Shown in pieces: positions 39,040 to 50,944 of a stretch of DNA of 64,000 nucleotides. The notes below the pieces were generated by a model. That model made no database searches and was not told the DNA's origin. It saw only the letters and a program-made list of their open reading frames with translations. Source of the stretch: Utricularia gibba (taxonomy: Eukaryota > Plantae > Magnoliophyta); contig NEEC01000012.1 in assembly GCA_002189035.1 (NCBI GenBank), positions 1,116,001-1,180,000 of the forward strand, written 5' to 3'. The translations under genes and the position numbers were made by a program. Every line of letters starts with the position of its first letter. Position 1 is the first letter of the stretch.

Positions 39040-40620
39040 ATTTAATAATACTTTTTATTTTTTATTAATTCGAATTAAAATTTTAAATCTATTTAATTAT
39101 GTTAGAATTGATCGTGGGTATAGCAATAGTTGAGATACAAGTCAAGTATAATTATACTATTGATTATGATAAAGCATGGTTTGGTGTGCAATATGCATTT
39201 GAACTTGTACATGGATGTTGGAAATCTTCAATGAATAAATTACCACGTCATATGTTAGCTGTTCAAATGACGAATCCCGGTACAATTGTAGAGTGGTCTT
39301 TTTATGATACACAATCATGACCTAATCATAAAATATTCCGCTAATGTGTTTTGGGCTTTTTAGCCTTGCCTTGATGCGTATCAACTATGTGCTCTGGTGA
39401 TTCCTATTGATGCAACACATCTTTATGTAACGTAAGGTTTTTAATTTTAGAATTTTGATTTATATATTTTATTATCTCTAATTTACAATTTTATGCATAG
39501 GTATGATTATAAATTGTTATTCGTTGTTTGTTGTGATTCTGGTGAACATATAATACCAGTAGCATATGCTATTGTGGTTGATGAAAACATAGAATCGTAT
39601 TCTTGGTTTATAGAGAAGCTAGATGCTTTCATTATTCGATGTCAAACATGTACAATCATCTCAGATCGTCATGCTCGTATATTAAGTATTGTTAGTTCTA
39701 TGTAGGCATTTACAGATGGCAAGCTTATTCATCGTTGGTGCCTTCAACATTTTGTTTCCAATTTTTACAAGTCTGTAAAAATAAAGGCTTAAAGGAGCAT
39801 TTATATGTGATTGGTGCTACACCAAATAAGGTAAAATTCCAAGGATACATGAAGAAAATCTTTACTCATCACGCGGCAGCACAATGGCTGAATCATTGTG
39901 AGATTTTGAATAATACTGACTAATAGATGCTTGCATTTGACAATGGCAAGTGTCACGGATATTTGATTGCAAATCAGGTAGAATGCATGAATAGAGTTTT
40001 TAAAAAAATTCAAAGATATCCAATTTGCAGCATTGCATATTCTACTTTCTCTTGGACACAAACAATGTTTATTACAAGGCATAAGAGATCACTCATTTAA
40101 ATGTTAATAGAGAGGTATGTTATTTCAAATTATTTTGTATTGAAATTCATAAATGATACATAATGTATTTGATAATAAAACACATTTCACGGACAAGAAA
40201 AATGCATGGTTTCATAAACAACAACAAAAAGTATGGCAGTTTCAGTTATACTATTGGGATCTTTATCGTCTTGTTGGTTATGTTTATGTTGTTTCGTGAA
40301 AACAAGCAAAATGGAATCGAAAAATAGTTTATTTACAATCACAAACATGCACATGTGCAAAATGGTTGATTCACCCACTTCCTTGTGCTCATGCTCTAAA
40401 ATGTGGGAAAATATGCCTATTGGCATTAAACCAAATGGTTATTCATGAATCGACTTTGGATTTGTTGCAGATGCAGTATGCAGATAAGATATTACAAGAT
40501 TTAGGTCAAGAAGACAGATGGCCTCAATCAATTTGGTACTTGTATCATGACAAACATTGTGAGAAACATGGAAGAGGTCATCCTCATCGCACTAGAATTC
40601 CAAATGAAATGGATGCCTGA
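39040..40620 (+). pseudogene. MuDR/MULE transposase pseudogene (copy 3, different family, with introns)
   Basis: YDKAW, KLPRHMLAVQMTNPGT, IPIDATHLY, IIPVAYAIVVDENIESYSWF, TIISDRHA, HRWCLQHFVSNF and TCKMVDSPTSL. Confidence 0.85.
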
Positions 40621-41149
40621 TGTATTGTATTTAATGTTAGTGCTTTTGTTTTTTGACTCTAAGTAACCATTGAATAAATAAAATATTGTCCTTCAATAAA
40701 TATTCTTATTCCTTAGTATATTAAGCACTATATATGTCATGACTCAGACCATACTTTCAGAATTTCTTTCATTTTCCTAATTCACATCACACATATTACG
40801 CATAGTATGCATAAAAATAGTTCTACAAATGCTTAAACTAGATATATTTTGGAAGCCTTAAATTTAGCTGAAAATCGTGAAAATTCATTTGAAAGATAAG
40901 AAGTAGATCTACTTAAAGAATCAAAAATCATATAAATCCAATCATCCAATATTAAGTTACAAATTTTTGAAGTTGGACCCCGAAAACTGTTTCGGAAAAA
41001 GTGCATAACTTTCTACTCCTAGCTTCAAATCCAAACATTCATTTTAAGCATGAAAGGCAACACACTAAACTACAAAAGTCATGTTTATAAGATCTTTAGA
41101 TTTGCAGCTAGGTATAATATAAAAATGCATGAACAAGCAATAATTGTTC

Positions 41150-42680
41150 AAGACACACCAACACAGAAATAAACAAAAGTCAAGTTCTAGTTGTTTTCAT
41201 CCTCCTCTTCATCATATCTATTTTGCCTAATACCCAAGCTAGATGAAGGTACCATTGGATTAGGTCTTGAAGGTACAGGTGGAGTGGTAAAATTCTCATA
41301 TAACCATGAAGAAGGCCTTTCCACCATCGAAGAGAACCTCATATTCTTGTCAACAACCTAAGGTGGTGTCTGAAATTCATAAGGTGTACTCCACTATGTT
41401 GGGCATGGATGCATGTAATGGGGGGTAAATTGTGGATCAAAACTCTCCTGAGTTGGATATGTCAGCATCGAATTACCAGAAAACTACAAAGCCTGCAAAT
41501 AATCCTATGATGGATATCCTAAAATAGAAGGGTTGTTTACATGCATCAAAGGCCAATATGATCTATTAAATACATAATTTTGTGGGATGCAGTCTCGGCT
41601 AACTCCCTCATCTTGGTCGGATCAGTAGAGGACGTATTGGCCATGTTCTCAAATTGAGATGTCTGCATAATGAAATGTAAGAAAAAAAAATATTACTAAC
41701 CAAACTAGTTATATAAGACTCTTCAAAATTTAAAAAGTAGATAAAATTATACTATTATTACATATGCAAGAGGCTGTGCAACTTCTCCTAATAAACCTTT
41801 ACTGAACATTATCGGCATGGTACCAAGAAATCTTATTGAAACTCTTTCATACCACTCACAATATTTTTTCTCACTTGCTACGGAATCCGGGGACTGATAG
41901 TGGTTCTCCATCCTTACATTCCAAGTCTCAAAATAGAGATAATTTCTTGATTCCCAGCGTTGATCTTTAAAAGTCCAACGTTTTGGTGGAGGGCCGATTG
42001 GATTTGGTGGAATGCACAATGGTAATCCATACTGATGTATCACTCTGTATACATTGTGCTGTTCAGATATTCCAAAAAAGAGTAATGGCCCACAATATGT
42101 CTGAATTTTACGTCAATCTTATTCAACAACTTGAAAATCTTCATTCAAATACAGTTGCCAAATAAACTGGAAATAAAAAACTTAGAAAGATACATTAAAA
42201 AGTTATTTAGTTTGATTTTCACCGTGTCATGTCCAATAAAGTATAGACTATCTCTAAAAAAAATTCAGTTGATTGTGAGCCGTAGTCGTCTATTCCATAT
42301 ATGTAACATACCTTCATTAAAAAACAACAATTATTACGAAAAATATATTTATGTTAAAAATATTCATAAATTGTTTACCTCCAACTTTAAATCATGCAGC
42401 ATTATACATCATATGATGTATCAGGAATCAGCATGTGCAAACTAGGTGATAAAGTCCAGATTCAACTCAAATCCCATATCTAAAAACAGTCTTTTATATT
42501 TTGAAGAATTAAAAAAATATGTATGAAAATTTTATTAACAAACCTGTAAAAGTTGCATAGGTCCACCTAAAGTCCAACGTTCCTAGATAGATCCCTTGGT
42601 TAACATACAATAAAGATAAACCAAAACAATTGAACCCCAACTAAATCACTTGAAAGTTTTTTATGAAAATTCTAACATGT
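41150..42680 (-). pseudogene. Plant mobile domain (PMD, aminotransferase-like) gene relic, convergent with MULE copy 3
   Basis: SWGSIVLVYLYC..LGGPMQLLQV (cf. SWGSAVLA.LY...GG..LLLQ.W), RVIHQYG (cf. RV.RQFG) and YCEWYERVSIRF. Confidence 0.7.
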
Positions 42681-43065
42681 TCACAGGAAATCTAGAAGTG
42701 ACCAAGCTGATGGATGCTCCAGAAACGTAGCCACACGAGAAGTCGGGTCCAAGACTATAAACAAGGGTGCTTATGGGAGGCAATCCATGGTTAAGTTTTT
42801 AATTTCGACATTTTAATTTTAGTTTAATGTTGTTATTTTAGGACTTTTTTCCGTATTTGTGCTGTTGGGAAATGATTTTTGGTGTTAAGAGGAGTTATTG
42901 ATGGGGAGTTACAAAAATCAGACCGTTGAGATGAGTGGGAAGTTGCACCGGAGGGGAATGACAGAAATGCCCCTACTGCTTGAAAGTACTTGGAAGAACA
43001 GTTACTGTTCTTCACTTTACCCATTTGTCTACGATTTTTCTGCAAAAAATTACAGCTGTAGAAAC

Positions 43066-44710
43066 ATGATGCCAGCGACACGAAGCGCAAAGAAGGCCAC
43101 AAAGGAGAAGTCTGGCCAGAAAAAGATGAGAAAGGAGCAAGCGAAGGAAAGAACAGGAGATGCTGAAGAATCCACCGCTGTTGCTCCGACCCAGGAAGAA
43201 GTGGTTCAGCCTACCGCTGATCCCTCAAACAGCAGAGGTGGGAGAGCCCTCTACACGGAAAAAGCAGAAGGAACCATCCTCCAAATTGGAACACACCAGT
43301 CTGCATCAACGATTGAAGGGCATGCATGCGACTTACAAGAAGAGAAAAGCTCCAGTGGAAGAACCACCTGCAGAGCCGTAGGTCTCGCCTAAGAAACAGG
43401 GGAAGAAACATGGAAAGAAAATGCAGAAGGCACCACTGGAGGAACCTATGCCTGAGAAAGAATCTGCTGCACCGGAAGGACACACGCTGTCCACCACGGA
43501 GAAAAATGCAGAAATTTCCAGAAACTAAGAAGCAGCAAAGGAAGAGCCTAAGGCTGAAAATAAAATTCTGGAAATAAAAATATAACGGGACGTGCATAGG
43601 AAATGGACGAAAGGGGTGTGCAGCCACTAGTCCGAGGTCAGAAAGAGTAGGGAACTCCACCTGCAGAAACTGTTGTGAGCACAACCAAAGAGGAGCAGGG
43701 AGAGATAGAGAAGGTAAAGAAATTCCTCCCAAAATTAGTCCCTATGTTCATGAATGCAGGGAAATTTGTAATGGAAAGGGAGCGGTTTCAAAGACAAATG
43801 ACCGGAAAGGGAATCCCTTACTTCAAGCATCATGCAAACATGTTGAATGAAAAGTACCTGAAGTTCGAAATAGCAGAACATATGGATCGGAATGGAGAGG
43901 TAAAAGGTATTACCCTGCCGTCATATTGATTTCGAAATTCTTGTTGAATTGAACATAGTAGACAAGGTTTACACCATGTTTGAGAATTCTGACTTCATCA
44001 TTTTATTTGAGTTAAAACTCCCTGCTTATGTGGAACTGTCCTACGAATCTGCCTCCACATTTACTTACAAAATTCCAGAAACTGTTTTAGAGCCTACTGT
44101 TGTTTCCTTTTGTTTGATGTGCGCTGAATTTTTGTTTTCATTGGCTGAGTGGAATGTTGCCCTTGGTTTTTGTTCAAAACACCAAGTAGATTCGCATAAT
44201 TTTGCTGCTTCTTTATTCGATTATCCAGTAGACTTTGATGCTGAAGAATTTTATGGAATTTTGACTAATCAGCATGTCATTGAATTTAAGGCAAAAGGAA
44301 CAAAGGGTGAAAGGGTGAGCAAAGATATTAAAAGAGTATGTGCGAACTCAATAAGTAGTGAAAGGGTGAGCAAAGATATTAAAAGAGCATGTGCGAACTC
44401 AATAAGTAGTGAAAGGGTGAGCAAAGATAAACTAATCCGGAGGAGTATGAAGGAGCCTAGTGTTATAAGGTGTGAGTGCTTGGCCAACACTCTGATGAAG
44501 AAAAGGGGCAGTCACATTATGGCTGGATTAGTCTGGAACAAGCTGCCCCTTCACTACCCAAAAAAAAAAGAAAGGAAAAGAAAAAAAAAGGAGAAGAAAA
44601 AAATTGAGTTGGCAACCGTGATCTTAAGTGACTTTGGAGGGATCAATTCTATAAGGTATTATCTTCGAAAACACTCCTCAAGAGGAATCTACTCATTCAC
44701 ATTTGAGTGA
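43066..44710 (+). pseudogene. Athila accessory (ORF-1/env-like) ORF, frameshifted
   Basis: Lys/Glu/Ala/Pro-rich N-terminus, then AYVELSYESASTF...VSFCLMCAEFLFSLAEWNVALG, resembling the ATHILA ORF-1/plant-transposon-protein domain. Confidence 0.65.
44309..44429 (+). repeat. 51-bp in-frame tandem repeat (~2.4 copies)
   Basis: gaaagggtgagcaaagata at 44309, 44360 and 44411; the unit encodes ERVSKDIKRxCANSISS. Confidence 0.9.
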
Positions 44711-44841
44711 TCAAATGACATGCTCACTTGCATTTCTGTAGCTCTTGCACCGAAATTTAGTCTTAGTTTTTATGTTCATCACTGATGCTAAAGGAATCGG
44801 TTTTCTGTTAGTCTTAGGTAGGACTTGAGAACAAGTCTGGT

Positions 44842-44858
44842 GTCGTTGTAGCATAGTG
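44842..44858 (+). other. tRNA-Asp 5'-end-like 17-mer at the PPT position
   Basis: gtcgttgtagcatagtg vs tRNA-Asp(GUC) nt 1-17 GTCGTTGTAGTATAGTG (recalled): 16/17, directly abutting TGATAAC at 44859. Confidence 0.75.
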
Positions 44859-46354
44859 TGATAACACACAAATTTTCATGTTTTAGGATATGAAAAATCA
44901 TAAATTTTTAATTATGTTTAAGTGTTAATTTCATAGTTTTAAGTATTTTTATTTGATAAGGGAAAATATGATTGTTGGTGTATTAGTGGGCTAAATCAAA
45001 GGATTTAGCCCACCCCATGTCTAACCCGATTTCGGAATCTAGCAGCAACCCGAAAGTCAAGTAAGAAATCTAGGTGTCATGCAAGTCACCAGGCTGCAGG
45101 GGGCAATGAGTACACTGTTACGGTGGCAGTCTGCAAGTCAGGGCCATGAGCAGCAGATTTGTTAAAGAATGTACTTGCCTTGGAGGCGAGAGAAAGATGA
45201 GGAGGAGAGAGAGTCACAAAAAAAGAGGGGGGGAAACAAGCAGCATTTTCAGAACACACACGAGGGGTTTTCTCCCCCAACTCGAACACGAAGAATAGTG
45301 AAGGAGAAGGGGAATCGAGTAAACCTAGTTCTAGATGCTTTGCATGCGGGTAGACCTAATTGCAATGTTGGTGATGATATGGGGGACTAGCTTAATCGAA
45401 AATATGATGAATGATCTAGATAGACTTATGCTATTTGAAGTTATGAGTATAGGAACATGGTAAATTAAATTAGGCATCTTAGTGTCATTTTGAGTTAAAA
45501 CCAATACATGTTACCTTAGCGTTAAGACTTGATGTTGTTTACTTATTTTTTTTACTGAACATACTTGCCATTGCTAGTCCAAGTTTAAACTAAGGCTTAC
45601 CATTACTTTGAATTCTGCATCTGCTGAAATACATGACAAGTACAAGCTCCTTGTGATCGACCCCGAATTCCGCTGTACACTGTTTTTAATTTGTATTTTG
45701 TGATGGTTAGGGACTATAAATTTATTTGATACGGAAATTTGGTTTTAGTGCAACGACATGCTAAAATTACCGTTTATATATAGAAGTACATTCCAGCTAT
45801 TCTTTTTTTTTAATTCCTACGTTTTTCAAGATCAAATATTTATTTTTTAAAGATGATAATTTTATTTTATGTGATATCTTACCATGCCCATGCTTGGTCA
45901 ATGCTGCTTTATGACAATCTCGATGAGTCGTTGAGACTCCCTGACATTTGGTCAAGATAGTCAAACAGTCTAGATGAGTCATCAAGATTGTTCATTTTCT
46001 AGATGACTTATCGAGAATGAATCCTATTTCTCCAATTAATTGTAAAAGTAGCCTATATTTCGCTTTTCCCGTGCCTGGATGGACTGTATTGTTGAAGAAA
46101 TGTACAAGCCAATTGTCTCAATTATCTCTCAAACTGTACATCCAGCATTTCACACTTTTTTTTTCTAGGAACTAGCTGCTGATATGTTTAAGTGCTTCCA
46201 GGCTAGAGCCTAAGACAGCAGAGTAAAGCCGGTTTGCTATAGATAAATAATGAATTATATTGTTCGGCCCATAACCCCATATGAAGTATATGTTGTTAAA
46301 AGTTTATATAAAAGCATATAATATAAAAGTATATTATACTTGCCTTATCATGCC

Positions 46355-46450
46355 GACTTCCCAGAGGTCACTCATCCTAGCACTACTCTTACCCAAGCAC
46401 ACATAACTTTAGAATTATGATGGAATTCGGTGTATCCGTGTTGGTATAAT
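46355..46450 (-). pseudogene. Dispersed 5S rRNA pseudogene
   Basis: The minus strand aligns by eye to plant 5S rRNA nt ~8-104 at ~80% (19 differences in 97), including agttatgtgtgcttggg (A box) and aggatgagtgacctc (C box). Differences are mostly transitions. Confidence 0.85.
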
Positions 46451-49262
46451 AAACTATACATCATACTCTTCAGTTTAGGAATTAACAGTTACCAATTCTT
46501 TCCGAGCTCGACACTCTCGACAAACTCCTCCGTGTGCTACCAATTGTTCAATTGTGCAATTAACAGTTACCAATTGTTAAAATACTCAAAGGAGCATATT
46601 TATTATTTATTTTGTATATAATGCATATAAATAAAATAATATACATATGTCAGCTCAACGGCATATGCATATTAATGACAAATTTGATGTTTATGTAGCA
46701 ATGTGAAATTCAATGTTTCGTACGGATGAGTTGGCAGCCTCGTTCACATGCAGCAATAAAAAATGAAATGTGAATTTTCCTGGCATTTTGGTCGACGCAT
46801 GTCGAGCAGAGGGATGGACTGGGAATGGCCCTATTGGGGAATCGGATTGTTTAATTAAAAGAAAGCATTGGGATGATCCCAGCGGATGCTCACGCACAAT
46901 TAATAATCACAACTTAATACAAATTATGCCTAAACTACATAAAAGCCCACATTTTAGTAAATTAGTCTTAAATTGCAAAAAATGACTAATCTACAGTGAC
47001 TCTTTCCATTGAATATATTGAGCATTTTTACTAGTAGCCGCTGAACAGATTTTCGTTTCTAGAAAGAAATAATCCAAGTCAGGTTTTTTATTGTAACTCT
47101 TATTAATGTAACTCTCATTACTATGCCTACCGGTAACTGATTTATGCTCAATATAATAGTTCATAAATTGTTTTTAAATTGATATCTCCTTGATTTCTTA
47201 AATATTATAGATGCCTAACGATGATCTTGATGTGCCGTATACATTAATCTCCGAATGATGAAATCATTAATGTACTAGTGTAAGAATAGTAATTCTCTGA
47301 CAAGTTACTCTAGTCTACAATAAGACTAGAAGTATATGAAAAATTAGATAGAAATAGTTCAATTTCAGTTCAGATTTGGATTCTAGTTTCAGTTTTAATT
47401 TTAGACTTTAATTTATCTCTATAGAGTATTTTACTATAATTTTTCTTTAGAACTTGCTTTGGTTTTCCTAGCTTTATGTGGTTGCTCATGGCTAGAAATT
47501 TTTGTTTTTGAATTAGGAGACTCCCAATTTTATATTTCATTAGTTAATCTTCATTTCTTATTTGAATCTAATTAAGTTCTATATATCTTCATGTAATTAT
47601 ATTGCAGTTTTTCTGTAACATACTATTTATTCAAGATTTATAACTAGATGATGGGTCCAACCAAAAGGGTGCTACTACCTCTATACATTATTTCTAAGCA
47701 ATTTACTTCCATTGGTACTACTACATGTATACATTCTTTATTATAGGTAGGCGACACCAAGACATCTTTGGACACTACTCATTATCCATTAAATACATGC
47801 AATCAACGCTAAATGTTATTACACATAAGCAATGTTCAATGTTGTTTGGCTGTTTCTCATTGTTTTTAAGCTGAACCCAAACATCTTTCAACCTTGCTTA
47901 TTGTTTTTTTAGATGATTAATCAAATGGGGTATTTTGCATGATTTTTATTATTATTGACTTTTAAGTGAATGAACATATAAGTCAATTATAAGCAAATAG
48001 TGTTTGATTTGATAAATGTATTAAAAACTTAAAAATTAAATTGTTATAATTTGAATATCTTAACTTATTCTTATGTTCAATACTAATCTACCCCTTATTA
48101 TTAAATAATATTAAGTATGAAAAGTTCTGTTTGATAAACATATATTAACATTTTATTTGATCAGTATTGTACATGAATTTTGATTAGAACTTTCCATAGC
48201 AGGATACTATTTATTTATGGCACGCTTAAATTGCCAGTTACAAAAATGGACACAAACGTCTTAGACTAAAATTTTAAAATAATAAAACATGATATATTAA
48301 ATAAATTATAAAATACATTTGTTTGATATCATAGTTCATGATTAGTAAAAAAAATTAAAATTTCTAAATATATGCTTGCTATAAATAATTATTATTTCTA
48401 AATAACTAGTTGGACCTATACAACAGTGTGAAAAATAATCCACATTCTACGAGGTAGAGCAAGTTTAAATGTCCTAAAAACAAATCGGTAGCAGCAGTCC
48501 GTCGGTTTAAAACGTACACATTAAATCTAATTTTTATCTAATACCCATGAATAATATTTTATTTTGGAACAAATGCTAATATTTATTTTTTATTTTAAAT
48601 TGATAATTATATGATTTGAAATAAAATGAGGATTAAATTTAATACACAGTATACACCTGTAAATCTTCTAGGTTTTCTTTTTTAGTTTTTATCCTCTGAG
48701 ATATTAATATTTAATATGTAGTAAATGGTGTTTGGCTGATCTGATGGCGGATGGGGGATGTTGTCCCTTTCACGTCTCCATCCTCCGGCTTGGAATTATT
48801 CCTGCTTCGGATTGTATTATGTTTTTTCAAGGTTCTCCATTACGAGCACCTCTCGCATCCCTTTTCTTGCTACTTTTTAGGTCATATTATTGAATGAAAT
48901 TGGCCGCCGTATGTCCAGTGGCTTTGTGAATTTTGCTGGGTTTCTATTAAATTTTGAAGAAATCAATATTCGCTCGCTGTGGTGCCTGAGATGGGGTCAC
49001 ACTTTGCGCAAGATAAGAATGATATGCGATCCACTACAGAGGAGATGATTCTTGCGCGCCACCCAAGACGAAAATTGTGTCGAGAGCAACATGTTGGCTT
49101 GTTAACAAGCTTGTTCAACATGTTGCAATCGAACATTCGTCAATTATTTTTATCTAACTGACGAATCTTCGATTAAAGAAGCAAGAACAGGTTCTCTAAC
49201 AATTCTTCATAATGTTTTTAAGGTAACTTTTTGTTATATATATTTGGTATGCTCATATATAT

Positions 49263-49716
49263 TTGGTATGCTCACAAAAAATCATCTATTAGAGTAAGAC
49301 GACAATTTGTAATAGTTTATTGTTTTATGTGATTCCCAAACATCGCACTAAGTAAGATCACAAGATTGTTTAGAAGTAGATGAATTGAGTGAAAATGAAA
49401 GTCGATGAAATTTAGAATATATACAAATATCGCATGATTCTATCATTTAAGCTAAAAGTAAACATCATTCTATTTGCATTAAATTGTCTTATTGCTTACA
49501 TTTGATTATATATGTCATTTTATTATAGCTTAAATGATGAGCCATGTAATATTTGTAAATATTCTAGATTTCATCGATTTCTATTTTCTCTCCGTTCATT
49601 CAATTCTAAACAACTTTTTTATCTTATTTAGTGCCATGTTTGGAGCTCACATAAAACAATAAACTATTACAAATTATCGTCTTACTCTAGTAGATGATTT
49701 TCCATGAGCATACCAA
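49263..49716. mobile_element. Foldback/MULE-type MITE with ~210-bp inverted arms
   Basis: ttggtatgctca..aaaatcatcta(t/c)tagagtaagacga(c/t)aatttgtaatagtttattgttttatgtga at the left end; its reverse complement ends at 49716. Confidence 0.8.
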
Positions 49717-50329
49717 GCATCTATAATTTTAGCAGATCTATTGAAGAGCAGTTTGCGAAACTTCAGCAATGTTCGTCTTTTAATTCGTTTTTCTTTTGCT
49801 GTTTGTGGATTTTTGTTTTTATTGTTTATGAGATTTCTTCAGCTATGTTCAAGAGGAATAGGAAGAAAAAGAATAGATGAAGAAGGAGAAAAAAAGAAGG
49901 AAAAAAGAAGAAGAAAAAGAATAAGGAGAAAAATAAGAAGAAAAAAGAGAATAAAAAGAAAAAAAAAAGTATTACAATTGTAAAAAGGTATTACATTTTA
50001 TTATTATATTGTGCTTACTACAAAATATAATTAAAAGATTGGATTTTTTTAGAATAGGTATATTAGTAATTTTTAAGAGGGTTATTTTATTACCAATCCG
50101 TTGAAAATATACATACCCGGACTTTCAGATTTTTACTCTGTCACATCTATCAACGTACAATTGAAAATCATTAGTCGATTAGCATAGATCAATTGTAGTT
50201 AATTAATTGGATTTTTACTCTTATAAATTCACATACTATAATTTTAAAACCCTAGAAAACCATGATCCAATTCAATTGTGATTACGTGGAATTCATCCCA
50301 ATTCAATTTGAGGCCCGTTTAAGTTTTTG

Positions 50330-50493
50330 CAACACTGTTTTGTGAGAAGAGGTAGGGGGGGGGGGGGGGGGGGGCGAAATTTTAGATAAATTTTGTAAAA
50401 ATTTTGAAAATTGTAATTGAGTTTCACCTTCATTTTCTAGTTTCGCCCCCCTCCTCCGAGTCTAGCCCTACACAAAATCCTGGGTCCACCACT
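50330..50493. mobile_element. hAT-type MITE remnant with a G20 run
   Basis: Ends aatcctgggtccaccact (reverse complement agtggtggacccaggatt); G20 at 50355-50374. Confidence 0.5.
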
Positions 50494-50944
50494 TTATACA
50501 ACCTTATTTATAACAGAAAGTAAACATGAAACTGGCTGTTGCATCAAGATAGCCGTCCGTGAACCATCAAAATATCTTTAACTGAATAACTCCCTGCGGC
50601 TTCTGTGCTGATGCACCCGTGGGTTCATGAGGTTTGATAGGAGGCCCGAACCGAGACTCTGTCTTTAGTTGTTTGCATCATTCGGACTGTATTGTTGTGG
50701 ATGCTCTATGCGACTGTTGGCCTTTATCCTCTTCTTCGTCTCCTATGGTTCGTTTGCTGTGGCAAATGGCCCGTTCAGAGACTCCCAGCGGCTCATTTCT
50801 TTCAAGTTTTCTCTCCTCTCAATTGGAGTTTTCTCCAGTTGGAAACCGGGGGTGTCTTGAAAGAACCGAAAGGTAGAATGGTTACCAATGTGTGCACTGG
50901 TTGTTATGGGATCAGGATTTTCATACTAGTTATACAGCTAGTGA

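Larger units (their letters stand above)
42680..45778 (+). mobile_element. 3' part of an Athila element: integrase tail, post-pol motif, accessory ORF and 3' LTR (44859-45778, internally deleted)
   Basis: Post-pol motif gactataaacaagggtgcttatgggaggcaatcc (~42752-42786). LTR TGATAAC...gtttata is ~920 bp versus ~1375 bp for sister copies. Confidence 0.8.

Noticed and set aside
44842-44858. Interpretation as a tRNA gene or as an ordinary PBS
   Set aside because: Only nt 1-17 match, with no anticodon or T arm. It is in sense orientation and sits upstream of the 3' LTR, whereas a PBS is antisense to the tRNA 3' end and follows the 5' LTR.
46260-46460. Functional 5S rRNA gene, or a definite Cassandra element
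   Set aside because: About 20% divergence with a lost 5' end; no second LTR, PBS or PPT could be located.
49741-49983. Lys/Arg-rich 80-aa ORF
   Set aside because: A product of a low-complexity GA-rich tract.
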